DNA from: Antedon mediterranea | Lineage: Eukaryota > Animalia > Echinodermata | DNA: 64,000 bases | Direction of reading: 5' to 3' | NCBI RefSeq assembly: GCF_964355755.1 | Contig: NC_092673.1 | Coordinates: forward strand, 13,612,948-13,676,947 | In this document: piece by piece, positions 13,174-24,230 of the stretch | Position numbering within the stretch: the first letter of the stretch is position 1 | Layout: every line of letters starts with the position of its first letter | Program-made: the position numbers and the translations under genes | Notes under the pieces: model-generated | What the model saw: the letters and a program-made list of their open reading frames with translations, nothing else | Database searches by the model: none | What the model was told of the DNA's origin: nothing

Positions 13174-14419
13174 CAATATAATTTTTTTTAAATTATTATA
13201 TACTAGATCTGATAGGCAAGAGTCTTTGACCATAGGAGGACCTTTAACATCAGCATCAACGTCGGCATCCTACAGGTATATTTGTCTTATTTTTCAAGTC
13301 ATAAATCAACATTTTTATTTTTGTCTAAAAATTTTTTTGTATGAGCATGGTGATCAAAATATTAACTATATAGGGCATTGTTTCTAATGCTTACAACAAA
13401 GCTTAATTTCTTATAAATACTGTAGTTTTTGTTCAGGAAATTTTAACAGTTATTTCCTATTTTTGTGTGTAAGCAAAGACTTTACTGGATAATCTATATG
13501 GTTCTTATTTGTGTTTTTTTCAGCCAGTATTGCTCTATTTTAGAGGAGTCAATTTATCTGTCTTCTGACTCTGCAGAAGATGACTATGATGATGAAGACA
13601 TTTCAGTAGCAATCATGCGCAGCTTGATGGATGAGAAGTAATTTTTATTTTTATTTTCTGTATGTGTTTTTGTAAGTTTCCCGCAGGGTAAAATAACCGA
13701 ATTGGTACAGTATTATGCTTTTTCACGATCATGATCATTCTACATTTACTATTTTACTAAACCTGATACAAAACAATTTCAAGCATTTAGTGGAAGATTT
13801 TCTTTTATATTATATATCAGAATAAAAAATGTGCCCAAACATAAGAGTCAGATCTTTTATAGAACAACTGTTGGGATATGATTATTGAAATTGTAAATTT
13901 TAATAAATTTTTTAATACATCTGCAGTTCCACTAAAGATTTTTTCTGTTTTCCACACCTACTACATTGACTACTGCAGAGTTGTTTAACTCGTTGAATAC
14001 AGCAAAATCAGACAGCACAACAATTAGTATTTTCAACATCTGCAGGACTAGAATTTGGGATGGAGCAGTATATGTCGTAAATGATGACGTGCGTGTGTGT
14101 ATTCGTCGTACGTCCGTGTACGTATTATTCCGTGCCTCTTCACGGTCTTGTTTAATTTAAAATTAAATAAATACTCGATATGAGGATATTTATTAGGCAT
14201 GATAATTAGAATGTTCTAGGCCTAACCAAAAGGGTTGAAAAGAATTTCTTCAGTAAAATGATCATTGTGCTGTTGAATAAAAGGCGACTCGCCATCTGAA
14301 ACATTCTCTGAAACCAATCACAAATTATGTATATAGGATAAACATTATACTGTATACGACATTAGCGCGACCAAAGTAACAACGCAATCGATATCAAACG
14401 CAACCAATATGATTAAAAC

Positions 14420-14552
14420 CGTGGGCGACTTTGCGATGGGGCGACTTTGCGTTGGGGCGACTTTGCGATGGGGCGACTTTGCGATGGGGCGACTGTGCCG
14501 GGGTGACGACTTTGTATTGGGCGACTTTGTATGGGGCGACTTGACTGGATCC
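14420..14552. repeat. Tandem ~16-bp GGGGCGACTTTGCGAT subterminal array ending in GACTGGATCC; orphan DNA-transposon end (MULE-like)
   Basis: About 7 tandem copies with no spacers. Confidence 0.6.
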
Positions 14553-15004
14553 CGGCCTAGCTAGGCTGGCCTAGGCCTAGTCTTTGCTTCTTACCTTTTC
14601 CCTAATAAATGCATGTATTACATGCGTCATAGACAGTTCATTTAGAATCTCGTTAAGTTTTTGATCCATTTTAAATTTTTATTCAGAAATATCATGGATG
14701 AGATGGGGAAACCATATTAATCTACGACAATCGCGAAGGCGCCTAGCTATCTATCTTCTTTTTTCTTCATAAAATATAAACGTGAACAATTGCTAGACTG
14801 GAAAACAGCCGTTGCTTTCGTACGTTTTGACCTAATGTCAAAGGTTAACATTTAATTCGTCCAAAATATAAAGTCGCCAAATTAAAAAGTCGGCAAATAC
14901 ACAAGTCGCCGGAGGGTGTAGCTGCCGCTAATGACAAAAGTCGCTGCTGAATGCCATGAGCCGCATTAAAAGGTCGCCGAAAGTGGCACTCCCGGCGTTC
15001 CATA

Positions 15005-15260
15005 GAAACCTCATATTAATCGTGTATCTAATATAATTTCGATGAACAAACTAAAATATTATTTACCACCTCGAATTCTTTTAATACTTTATAGCACTTT
15101 AATTTTACCATATCTTTCTTATGGTAATATCGCATGGGGAGTCTGTAACAATAAATTCGAAACATTATGTCCTTGGCTAAGTACCGAAATGTCAAAATAT
15201 GACTACCTATTTAGACTCCAGAAACGCGAATCTGCGCAGGCGTTTCTTTTCAATCTCATA
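15005..15260 (+). mobile_element. CR1/L2-type LINE remnant, right part
   Basis: KLKYYLPPRILLILYSTLILPYLSYGNIAWG..RLQKR. Confidence 0.85.
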
Positions 15261-15284
15261 CCAAAAGTCTTTTTTTTTACACTT

Positions 15285-16630
15285 TGAGGTATTTACCCCT
15301 TTTCGCAATTTCGAAAACTGTTCTGCCGAAAGCTCTGCTGTCTTTTGTAGTGCTCTTATAACCATAGTAGCAGATGGTCCATCTCCAAAATTCACCGCTG
15401 TGACACAGTAAGTTTGAATTGGATGATCTATCTCCATATTCCTCCAAAGAAGAAAGCGATGGGTATGCTGGTCCAACATTGAAATATCAATACTGTGTTA
15501 CATTTTCTTGATATTCCTACTAAAGCAACTTGTTCTCTTCTAAATCGAAATAGAACGGCCACAAGTTATTGTTAACGTCTGGTCCTTTGGCCCAATATTC
15601 GTTCAGCAGATGGCCCTTATAGTTTGCACTAATGTTAAAAACAATTCTTAAAGGTGTACTTTTACTGTCCGGTTTTGCTATTCCGTGATGTGATATGTAG
15701 TGAACAGGCCCTTTATAGCTCCTCAACTCACTGTCAGATAACTTACGAGCAACTTTCCGCTCTAACATATCATCCATTTGTGAAGCATAGCACTCTGCAT
15801 ATTTCTCACTTTTCTGTCTCGATTTGCTCAGTTTCACTTCCAAATTTTGTCACGGAGACTGTCAGCGGCTTTCCCTTCAACTTTAGTTTTTCAGCTACGT
15901 CTGCCAATATAACGGATGACGTACTGGCCGTATCACGCTCTTGGCCATTAAGATACATGGCGCGTCAGTGCCGGTACTAGTCTGTTGCGACGTTGCGGTG
16001 TTCTGAGTATCTGAAGCTGGCTCTTTTTTCGGTGGAAAATGAATTAACGTGTGATGCTTCCTACTGCATCCATCCTATCCACAATTTTTCACTTGATGCC
16101 CAGGTTTCAGGCATCTGAAACAAACTCTTTTCTGTTTGATGACCTCTATTCGTTCTTGCATTGACATGGCCTTAAAACCTTTGCAGTCTTGCGTTTGGTG
16201 TTTAGCATTGTCATGTAAGAGACAAGCAGCGATATCTGTAGGCTTCTCTGTATATACCGTGTTGACAATGCTGCGTTGCTGTTTTGGTCTCTGATTAGTC
16301 TCGTGTAAGCTAGTCATCATATATTTCAAACTTTTGGCTTCTTCTTCTAGGTAGTCCAAAAGAATCTTCAATTTACAGTCTTTTTCTATTTTATCCTTCG
16401 ATTGAGGATCATGTATTACTGTAGTCTGACCCATCTTCTCTTTTGATCGTCGGGTAACCTACTCTCAATTTCACTTATTACTCTGGTATTCTTCATCTCA
16501 TGCTCTATTGCCATCCGCTTCAGATTTCGATGGCATGCTGAAATTAGATCTATGAACTCAACAAATTGTTTCTCTTCTCCTTCCTTTAGGCCTAAAGGAT
16601 TTTGCTTCAGAATGTCCACTATGAGCGCAT
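15285..16630 (-). mobile_element. BEL/Pao RT and gag (zinc knuckle) fragments
   Basis: HYISHHGIAKPDSKSTPLRIVF, HRFLLWR, AVNFGDGPS, CLLH..H..C, CFRCLKPGHQVKNC. Confidence 0.9.
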
Positions 16631-16631
16631 T

Positions 16632-17690
16632 TTTTTCAAATATTTACAAAACATGAATTCGTGGATAATATAAAGGAACACTCATAGCACTACCAAAACC
16701 GGGTAAGGAAAAGGGTCCAACTAAGAATTTACGACCTGTTATTCTACTTAACTTATTACTTTACTTATTTTACTTCTACTTATTGTTTTTACACATCGAT
16801 GGCTTATAGGTAAAGCACAAAAAGAAAAAATTAATATTTACATAACCGGTATAGATAATATGTCAAGCGCGTTTGACACCGTGGATAGAGGCAAACTCCT
16901 CGACATACTCAAACCGGACTAAATCTAAAAATAAAAGGGGCAAAAGAACAGCCAATATTCCAAACCAACATCGGCACCCCTCAAGGAGATAGCTTAAGCC
17001 TGGTCTTATTCACTGTTTACCTTGAGTCTGCGCTACGACGAATCAGAACAATTATCCAAACAGAAATACCTCAAGAGATATCATATGCTATTTTTTTAAA
17101 CGAATTAGCCATCTATCAACTTTCAACTTAAATGTATATAAAGAAAAAACGTAAGACGAGAAAAAGAGGACATACAATAACAATGGAGAAACACGAAAAA
17201 AAGTAGGATCGCTCCTTGGGGACAGACAAGACATAATTAGAAGAAAACAACTAGCGCGTGTATCAATGACCAAACTAAACTCGATGTGGCTTCGAAAAGA
17301 TAAAATCAAATTAAAAATACGTATCAAGCTGTACAACTCACTAGTTAAAAGTATATTACTCTACAACTCTGAAACATGGGGACTCACAAAAGAAAAAGCA
17401 CATAAACTCGACACATTTCACAGACAGCAACTTCGCAAAACCATAGGTATCAGGTTCCCAGACAGGATATCGAACATAAATTTATATAGAAATAGTCGAC
17501 GCAAGATGGAGACTATTAAGTCACATACTATAAGCATAACACAGACATTAAGTATCCCGGACAATTGAAAATCAAGAAAGACATGAAACAACTTAAAGAA
17601 CTAGCCAATGAAAGATCAGACTGGAAGAAACTGGTAAAAGAGATATACGGAGCAGCCCAAGCGGAAAGGCAGTAATAATATAATAATAGT
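16632..17690 (+). mobile_element. RTE-type LINE, 5'-truncated and degraded
   Basis: LPKPGK..NLRPVILL, DMSSAFDTV, GTPQGDSLS, LYNSLVKSILLYNSETWGL; 3' (TAA)-like tail. Confidence 0.85.
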
Positions 17691-18200
17691 AGGGTCCACA
17701 TTTGCTCATAATCGTCTTCAGCTACTTGTACAACTTTATTCACCTCGTTACCTAATAACGCAACTGGTCTGGATGTGTAGCATTTTCCACAAATTTCTTA
17801 AAGTCCGTTTTAAACCTTGTGTATGTCTTTATGTCCCCATTGAATTTCGGCAACTCCATTTTCTTTAGCTCAATTTTATGTGTTTCGGTTTGTCTTATTC
17901 CGTCTTTGGAGTCCTTTTGTACCGCCTCTTCTTGATCTTTTCTATGTTTATAAAAGAGTAGTCTGATCGCGCTATGAACGTCTATCCGTGGTAGCATCCA
18001 TGCGTCTTCTTCTGCTTCTTTGTCAGCCGCCGTCAGATCTAATATCTTCTCGTGCGCATCTTTAAATTTTGGAATGACTCGTCCAACTCTTCATACAAAT
18101 CTTTTAACAACTCCGGTGGATGATTTGCGTGTACTGATGTTTTCATCTCCTCTGCCTTTGTTTTAAAGCTCCGCTCTCTCCTCCGTAAAATTGTAAGCTC
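17690..18200 (-). mobile_element. BEL/Pao gag N-terminal part
   Basis: LKKMELPKFNGDIKTYTRFKTDF (DUF1759-like motif), DDYEQMW. Confidence 0.8.
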
Positions 18201-19000
18201 AAAACTAATAAAAGTAGATCAAATCAAAGTAATAAAATCTCTCCTTATCTTTCTACACTCAGAAACTTCTAACCACAAAATACTATTAATCAGGGATCAA
18301 CATTCACGAGCCGAACCCCAACCTCAGCACAATAGAAACTCAAAATGATATCAATTCGCGTTATGTTCTTGTGCAGAACATTACTAACATTTTACTCTTA
18401 CATTAATACACTGACAGAATATAGTTCCAAAAATATAATGTTCTTAGACATCTACAACTAACATGCATTACTATACACATATGCCGTATCATTCAATCCA
18501 AAACTTAGTTCAACTATAATTAAATAATGTATTATTTTTATCATATATAAATTAAAATAAAAAATCATTGTAAATTGGACTGTACAAAAATGATATATTC
18601 TTGATACAATTCCAGGTTTCATGCTTTATTAGGAGAGTGTGGGGTTTATGTTGTACTTATTCCTTCCATGCTGATTAGTAATCACATATCAACCATAGAA
18701 AATAAAAATAAAAAGACCGTGCAGTTATTGTATGGAGTCTTCTGTGGACCTAATAGAGGCGGTTAAGTCATTTCATAAGCAGAGGCAGCAGAAGTAAAGG
18801 TGCTTAGGCCATCGTTTTAGTATTAAAACCCGGAATGGAAATAAGATTTACTACATTGTCACTATCCTACAGTACAGTAAAAATTGTCGAAAACAAGGTA
18901 AGTAATATTATGTTTTCTTTCAACTAGTTTTCTAATAGAAAAAATTCAAACAAGTTATTTCTATTGGTTCTTTTCTTTGAAATAATATTTTATTTTTACA

Positions 19001-20420
19001 GGCCGTGCAAAGGTAGCAATCTTGCGACGTCACATCAAAGCTAAAGCTATCGCAAACCCATTTCAATCTGCAGCTGAAATTGTAGAGCAGACAATAGTGA
19101 ACGACATTGGACCTGGGAACGTTGTACTACATCCAACACTACCTCGACCCATCAATCACAGCAGACAAACCGGACATTGACATTGACCAGACCAAATCAC
19201 CCAGCAGATTTGCAGTTTGTCCTGGACCACAACCATATCCCACCTAGGTTTTTCCAGAAAGATGTCAGTGTAAATGGTGAACGCCACATCGTGTTTGCCT
19301 CCAACCATATGCTGCTGCTGCTTGAATAAAGAGCTAGAAGCTGGTTAGTCATATTCTGCATATTAGTTATTACTTGCTTCAGCTACTCTTCCTTCAAATT
19401 TCTCCTTGTTCAGTTGCTTCCTTTTCCTATCCTATCTTTTCTTCTGAGATGGCCAATTTAATTTTATTTTGTTTTTAAATATTTTGTGCTTGATTTTATC
19501 TTTATTATGTAATTTTGTCAGCCAAATAATGTATTTTTCATAATATTTTGTGTTCTCATTTATTTATTTTATTTCTGAAAGCCCCTTTTGTACAACTATT
19601 CAGTATACATAGCCTCCGGAGATTGTACCAAGCAGATCCCTTTGGCATTTGTGCTGATGTCGGCAAGAAGCACCGCTGACTATACCGCCGTCATACAGAA
19701 TGTACTTGAAGAAAGTGGCAGACTATGAGGCACCAGTTTGACAGACATTCAGGCAGCTTTTGCCTTACTTCTTCTTCTTACTTTATTAGTTGTTTCATGT
19801 CTAGTTAATTATAATGTTTCTTACTGTCATGTCTTTTCTGTTTAATACATAGTCAGTGTTTAAGAAAGTGCAGGAACTGGGCCTGCAACGAGCATACACC
19901 AATGATGCTGGTACATATGAAGTAAGTTCAGGATTATAAATCCTTTTTACCTAGCATGAATTCCTAGATTATAAAATGCATACTTCAATTTTATACAATT
20001 TGTTTTCTTTTATCTCTTTCCAGTTGGTCAGACAGTTGATGGCACTGCCCTTATTGCCATGCGAACATATCCCCAATATTTTTTATTTCCTTCAACGAAA
20101 TGCTGGTGCGACACCTGCGATCCGAGACCTGCTGTTCTATTACCGGACCACTTGGATAGAAGGAAACGTGTTTATTTACATCACAACAGGTTAAAATTCA
20201 AATATGTCTAACATTGCAACACAGTAACCATCTTGTCGATTTTCTTTCACCTAAACTTCAACTGTACTTACTTTTAGAAGTATTGCTTCTCGAGGTGCAA
20301 CAACCAGACTTCTACGTCTATGGGAACAGTATCGCCAGGGCAACCGCTCAGCAAGATCTCTTTTAAATGCTGGATCGCACATTATCTCGCACAATGTCAG
20401 ACAGTTTGATCAGTATTACT
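19001..20420 (+). pseudogene. MULE/Mutator transposase pseudogene (intron-containing)
   Basis: NPFQSAAEIVE, RPNHPADLQF, RHIVFAS, PFVQLFSIH, QIPLAFVLMS..DY, VFKKVQELGL, RQLMALPLLP, LLRLWEQY; stops and deletions. Confidence 0.85.
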
Positions 20421-21006
20421 AGCATTAAACATAAAATGTACAAATATCCGTCTAATTAATGTTTGAATAACAATATTCAATTTATTTATTGAAATAAATT
20501 AATTAATATTGTTATTAACTATAACAAACATTAATTAGACGGATATTTGATTATTTGAAATAAACTAATTAATATTTTACATATTGTTATTAACTATAAT
20601 TAGTAAGTATGGGTACTGGCAAGATAAATATATATATGTTAATGTAAAAAAAAAATCAAGATCAAATAAGTTAAAACAGGCAATCAAAGATGTTAACAAA
20701 CAAAAGGCATAGTTATAAAGGCACGCCTCCAAAAGCTATGGGGTACAAAGCAGGAATGGTTGCTTATAAAGCAGGAAATTTAAAACAAAGACAAATGCTT
20801 CAAGTGTAAATAATTGTTAATATGTGAATGTCTCTGGCAAAATTAATGTTTAAAGGATCTAAATTGTACATTTATGCCGGTAGGGGCAAGAGTGCCAAGC
20901 TTTACAATTATTCTTTCTTCTATAATTCTACGAGATGTCTCAGAACCATTACATACTCACCACCACCAGAAATTGTAATATCCGAAAGGGAATGCTCATT
21001 ATTACA

Positions 21007-21354
21007 ACAAGCACGAATGTGCAATACTCGGGGTACAGCGAAAGAAGCTGTAATGACGTCATAAGACCGGATGTAACGTCACATACACATCAATAACCGC
21101 GCTACCAAATACGGCTATACGGTACCATCTTCGAGACGTGATATGGCTGCATCCGGTTTGAAATTAAAAAATCCGGCTCTATAGCTTTGAGGAAATGTCC
21201 CTGTAGTATATTCATGCTAAATCCGAGCTCAATACTACAACGAATAAGGGAGGAGTAGTACTTTATAAATCGCACTTTTTGCTCAATAGTGTCTGGATGG
21301 TAGAAGAAGAGGAAAAGATGAGAGAATCCTAGACTCAGTTACCCCGAGTAATAA
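21007..21354 (-). mobile_element. Helentron-type non-autonomous element (HINE/DINE-1-like), copy 1
   Basis: Sub-terminal inverted repeats TACTCGGGGTA/TACCCCGAGTA, terminal hairpin GCACGAATGTGC and a simple-repeat tract; near-identical to 21860-22197. Confidence 0.7.
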
Positions 21355-21419
21355 AACGAGATATACTCTATATTATATTACGTATACAGTATATTTCACC
21401 ATAAAGTTAAAGAAAAATA

Positions 21420-21496
21420 GGTTTCGCCAGGGCTCGAACAACCGGGACCTTCTGCGTGTTGTTAAGCAGACTTGACAACCACTACACTACGAAACC
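21420..21496 (-). tRNA. tRNA-Val(AAC)-derived pseudogene
   Basis: Reverse complement GGTTTCGTAGTGTAGTGGTT...CCCTGGCGAAACC, with insertions in the anticodon loop and T arm. Confidence 0.85.
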
Positions 21497-21712
21497 TCTT
21501 GCACTAAAAATGTGGGTTACACAAAGTTTTTTAATCCATTTACATTACAGAATAAATATGGTAATAAGCACAAAGCAAAAGAAACATGTGTAAAAGTGAT
21601 AATTACCGATTACACAAAATAGTTATTAAAAAAAATAATAAAAATAAGATATACTGTGTATAATTATCATATTGCGTATACAGTACTTTTCACCATAAAA
21701 TAAAAAAAAAAA

Positions 21713-21784
21713 GGTTTCGCCCGGGCTCGAACCAGGTACCTTCTGCGTGTTAAGCAAACGTGATAACCACTACGCCAAGAAGCC
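21713..21784 (-). tRNA. tRNA-Val(AAC), probably degenerate
   Basis: 72 nt GGCTTCTTGGCGTAGTGGTTATCACGTTTGCTTAACACGCAGAAGGTACCTGGTTCGAGCCCGGGCGAAACC followed by poly-T; two acceptor-stem mismatches. Confidence 0.85.
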
Positions 21785-21859
21785 GCATATAACTACCTTA
21801 CGCTGTGTGGTGTGTCACACATTGTGGCTTCTTAATTAAACAAATTAATTAGCAAAAAA

Positions 21860-22197
21860 AGCACGAATGTGTGATACTCGGGGTACAGCAAATGAAGCTG
21901 TAATGACGTCATAAGACGGGATGTGACGTCACATACACATCAATAACCTACCAAATACGGCTATATGGTACCATCTTCGAGACGTCATATGGCTGCATCC
22001 GGTTTGAAATTTAAAAATCCGGCTCTATAGATTTGAGGACATGTCCCTGTAGTATATTCATGCCAAATCCCAGCTCAATACTACAACTAATAAGGGAGGA
22101 GTAGTACTTTAAAAATCGCACTTTTTACTCAATAGTGTCCAGATGGAGGAAGAGGAGGAGAAAATGAGTAAGTCCTAGACTCGGGTACCCCGAGTAA
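21860..22197 (-). mobile_element. HINE copy 2
   Basis: Direct repeat of 21007-21354. Confidence 0.7.
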
Positions 22198-22565
22198 AAA
22201 ATGGGTGGCTACAGGTAATCCGGGAGTCTTTAGTTTAATAGACCTTAAATGTTATGTTAATGTAAAGCTGTTTAGTTTGAAAGAAAAAGCAGTACCAACT
22301 TCTTTGAATGTTAATGAAAAAAAGTAAAATTGTTGCTAATAAATATTCAACTAGTTCCATTTAAATTCTTTTTTCTTTTAATTCTTTTGGTCACCAAGAA
22401 TTTTTTATAACACTGAACAGTATAGAAAACGTAGATATGGGCGCTCCATACTAACGGCCCCTTTGCACAGGAAGTCGAATTCAATAGCGGCCGGAGTGCA
22501 TAACATCCCGCTAAACTGATACGGAGTGATCGGCTTCCTTTTGGAAGTGGTAGGAAATTATTTTA

Positions 22566-23338
22566 CGCCGTGGTTAGGATTCCGGCACCGGAACTCAACT
22601 GCTCACCGTTAGGGAATCCGACACGCTATTGCGCATGCCCAGAGCTCTGGGAAGTGAATTAGCTTGCACTAATAATACAGTAGTGCCACACACCACACAC
22701 CACCACCGAGAGTCGGAGTGTTATAGAGATTTACTGTAGCCTCGATAGTCGTTGCGCGAGCGAGAGATGGATGAAACTTGGCCTATGCCATGCATGAATT
22801 AATAATTGGAATACGACTACGCCACGCGTTAAAATAATTATAATGATATTAATAAGAATCAGTATCTATCTAAGAATCGTAATGCTGTTTTTAGCGTTGC
22901 GACCCCGAATTTCCGAACAGTTTTTTCACATCCACGCGGTGGCTGCCGTCAACAAATCAACTTATGATTGCATGTTATGTACACTAGGCCTATAATGCGT
23001 TATGAAAAATTAAAAAAACTAGTCATGTAATTACTGTATATAATTCATAATGATATGAAGTTTATATATGAATGAAGCAACCACTTTTTAATTACAAAAT
23101 AAATAGGCCCACTGATCACGTCTAACTGGTAGCCCTAGCCTAGATTAGTGGATCCCGTATTAGTACGCATGTAGGCTAGTTCGCCGTGTGGGCGCCATGG
23201 CGCAGCTATGAAATGATCCATCGCGCGCTGTTATTAGAGGAGAGTCGCCGATTACCCCGCTCTGGGCATGCGCAATAGCGTGTCGGATTCCCTAACGCTG
23301 GGCAGTTGAGTTCCGGTGCCGGAATCCTAACCACGGCG
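22566..23338. mobile_element. 773-bp MITE with ~80-bp TIRs, superfamily unassigned
   Basis: CGCCGTGGTTAGGATTCCGGCACCGGAACTCAACTG... is inverted at ~23260-23338; TSD unclear (TTTA/ATTA). Confidence 0.85.
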
Positions 23339-23680
23339 ATTATCGCATCAATAGTAAACTTGTTATTCTTTTGTAATTTTCATCCACTTGAGCCATTTTC
23401 TTGTTTTATTTGCTTTCATAGTTTTTTCCAATGAAAGAAAGATTAGCTTCAATTCTTCCCGTATTTGTTCAAGCACTGAATCAACATGTTCCACCTCCAT
23501 CGTGCTGTTGCTGTTTAATGCACCAGGCTAAACCACCAGCAAACAAATCACAGATTTGAATGGACAAGAGTGGAGGTAGGACTAAATATATCTTAATATA
23601 ACGTACAAAACATCATAATTTCCTGAGTCCATACATGAAATCTGCAATTAACATGTGTTTGTTCCATTTGTTTTTTACAG

Positions 23681-24230
23681 GTTATAAACTGCGGGTCTTC
23701 TTTTTTGGAGATTACGATTTTCTAGTCCGATAGATTAATATATATTTGCACATCTACAAAAGATGACATGAACAGGGGAATTGAAAGGGGACTGAGATGT
23801 CTACAGAATATTTCTGAAGATCATGCAAAATTTATTGACTCTGGGCCGAAAGAGGAAAAAAGCAAGGATGTTTCTAGAAACATTGTCCGGGAGCCAATGG
23901 TTAATATAGATATTGACCATGTAGGTTTTGATTTTACATTTTAAAAGAACATTACATAATAAAATATTAAATTAAAAAATAAATTTAAATATAAACACTC
24001 ATCATAACTAACTATAATTCTAATAATATAATTTATGGTATTATTTGATTTTTCAAATAGGTATCAATACCATGTCTTCACATTTCACTAGGAGTTTTTA
24101 AAAACCTATATGATCTGCTAGAATGTGAAGCCCATGAGATGGACAATCAACTCTGAAAGTTCAAGTATGGAAAAACAGTGTACTTAATGAAATCAAAGAT
24201 TCACTAATCCAGAAAATGAAAGAACTTGTA
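23681..24230 (+). pseudogene. Chapaev/RAG1-like transposase core fragment A
   Basis: LRVFFFGDYDFL, KDVSRNIVREPMVNIDIDH|VSIPCLHISLGVFKNLYDLLE; same intron position as the copy at 28.5 kb. Confidence 0.7.

Larger units (their letters stand above)
11014..13520 (+). repeat. Tandem duplication of a ~0.7-kb unit holding two symmetric phase-2 micro-exons
   Basis: 63-nt exons at 11049-11111 and 12627-12689 and 69-nt exons at 12252-12320 and 13207-13275, with near-identical introns. Confidence 0.85.
8693..14069 (+). pseudogene. Spliced SAM / UBZ-like / UIM / truncated HECT (G2E3-like) ubiquitin-ligase cargo gene
   Basis: Exons: 8693-8764 and 9499-9604 (SAM: IDAANIGSLTNSELDMLGVVSIGDKHRL); 10004-10424 (WTKKVVCLADP..LGEK..IYIRPIQ, one frameshift); 10726-10832 (CLKFHELFSVHLLKEHVKTC); four micro-exons; 13524-13637 (DDEDISVAIMRSLMDE); 13927-14069 (FNICRTRIWDGA). 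Confidence 0.75.
8127..15004. mobile_element. 6.9-kb non-autonomous TIR DNA transposon (IS3EU-like ends) with cargo gene
   Basis: Perfect 45-bp TIRs (8127-8171, 14960-15004) beginning TATGGAACGCCGGG. GAAAC is duplicated at 8122-8126 and 15005-15009. Removing the element restores LINE codons W-K-P-H. Subterminal GGCGAC repeats. Confidence 0.9.

Noticed and set aside
14420-14552. CRISPR-like array
   Set aside because: Tandem ~16-bp units with no unique spacers, eukaryotic context and no cas genes; this is a transposon subterminal repeat.
18200-18500. BEL/Pao 5' LTR
   Set aside because: No second LTR or clear primer-binding site in the window to confirm it.
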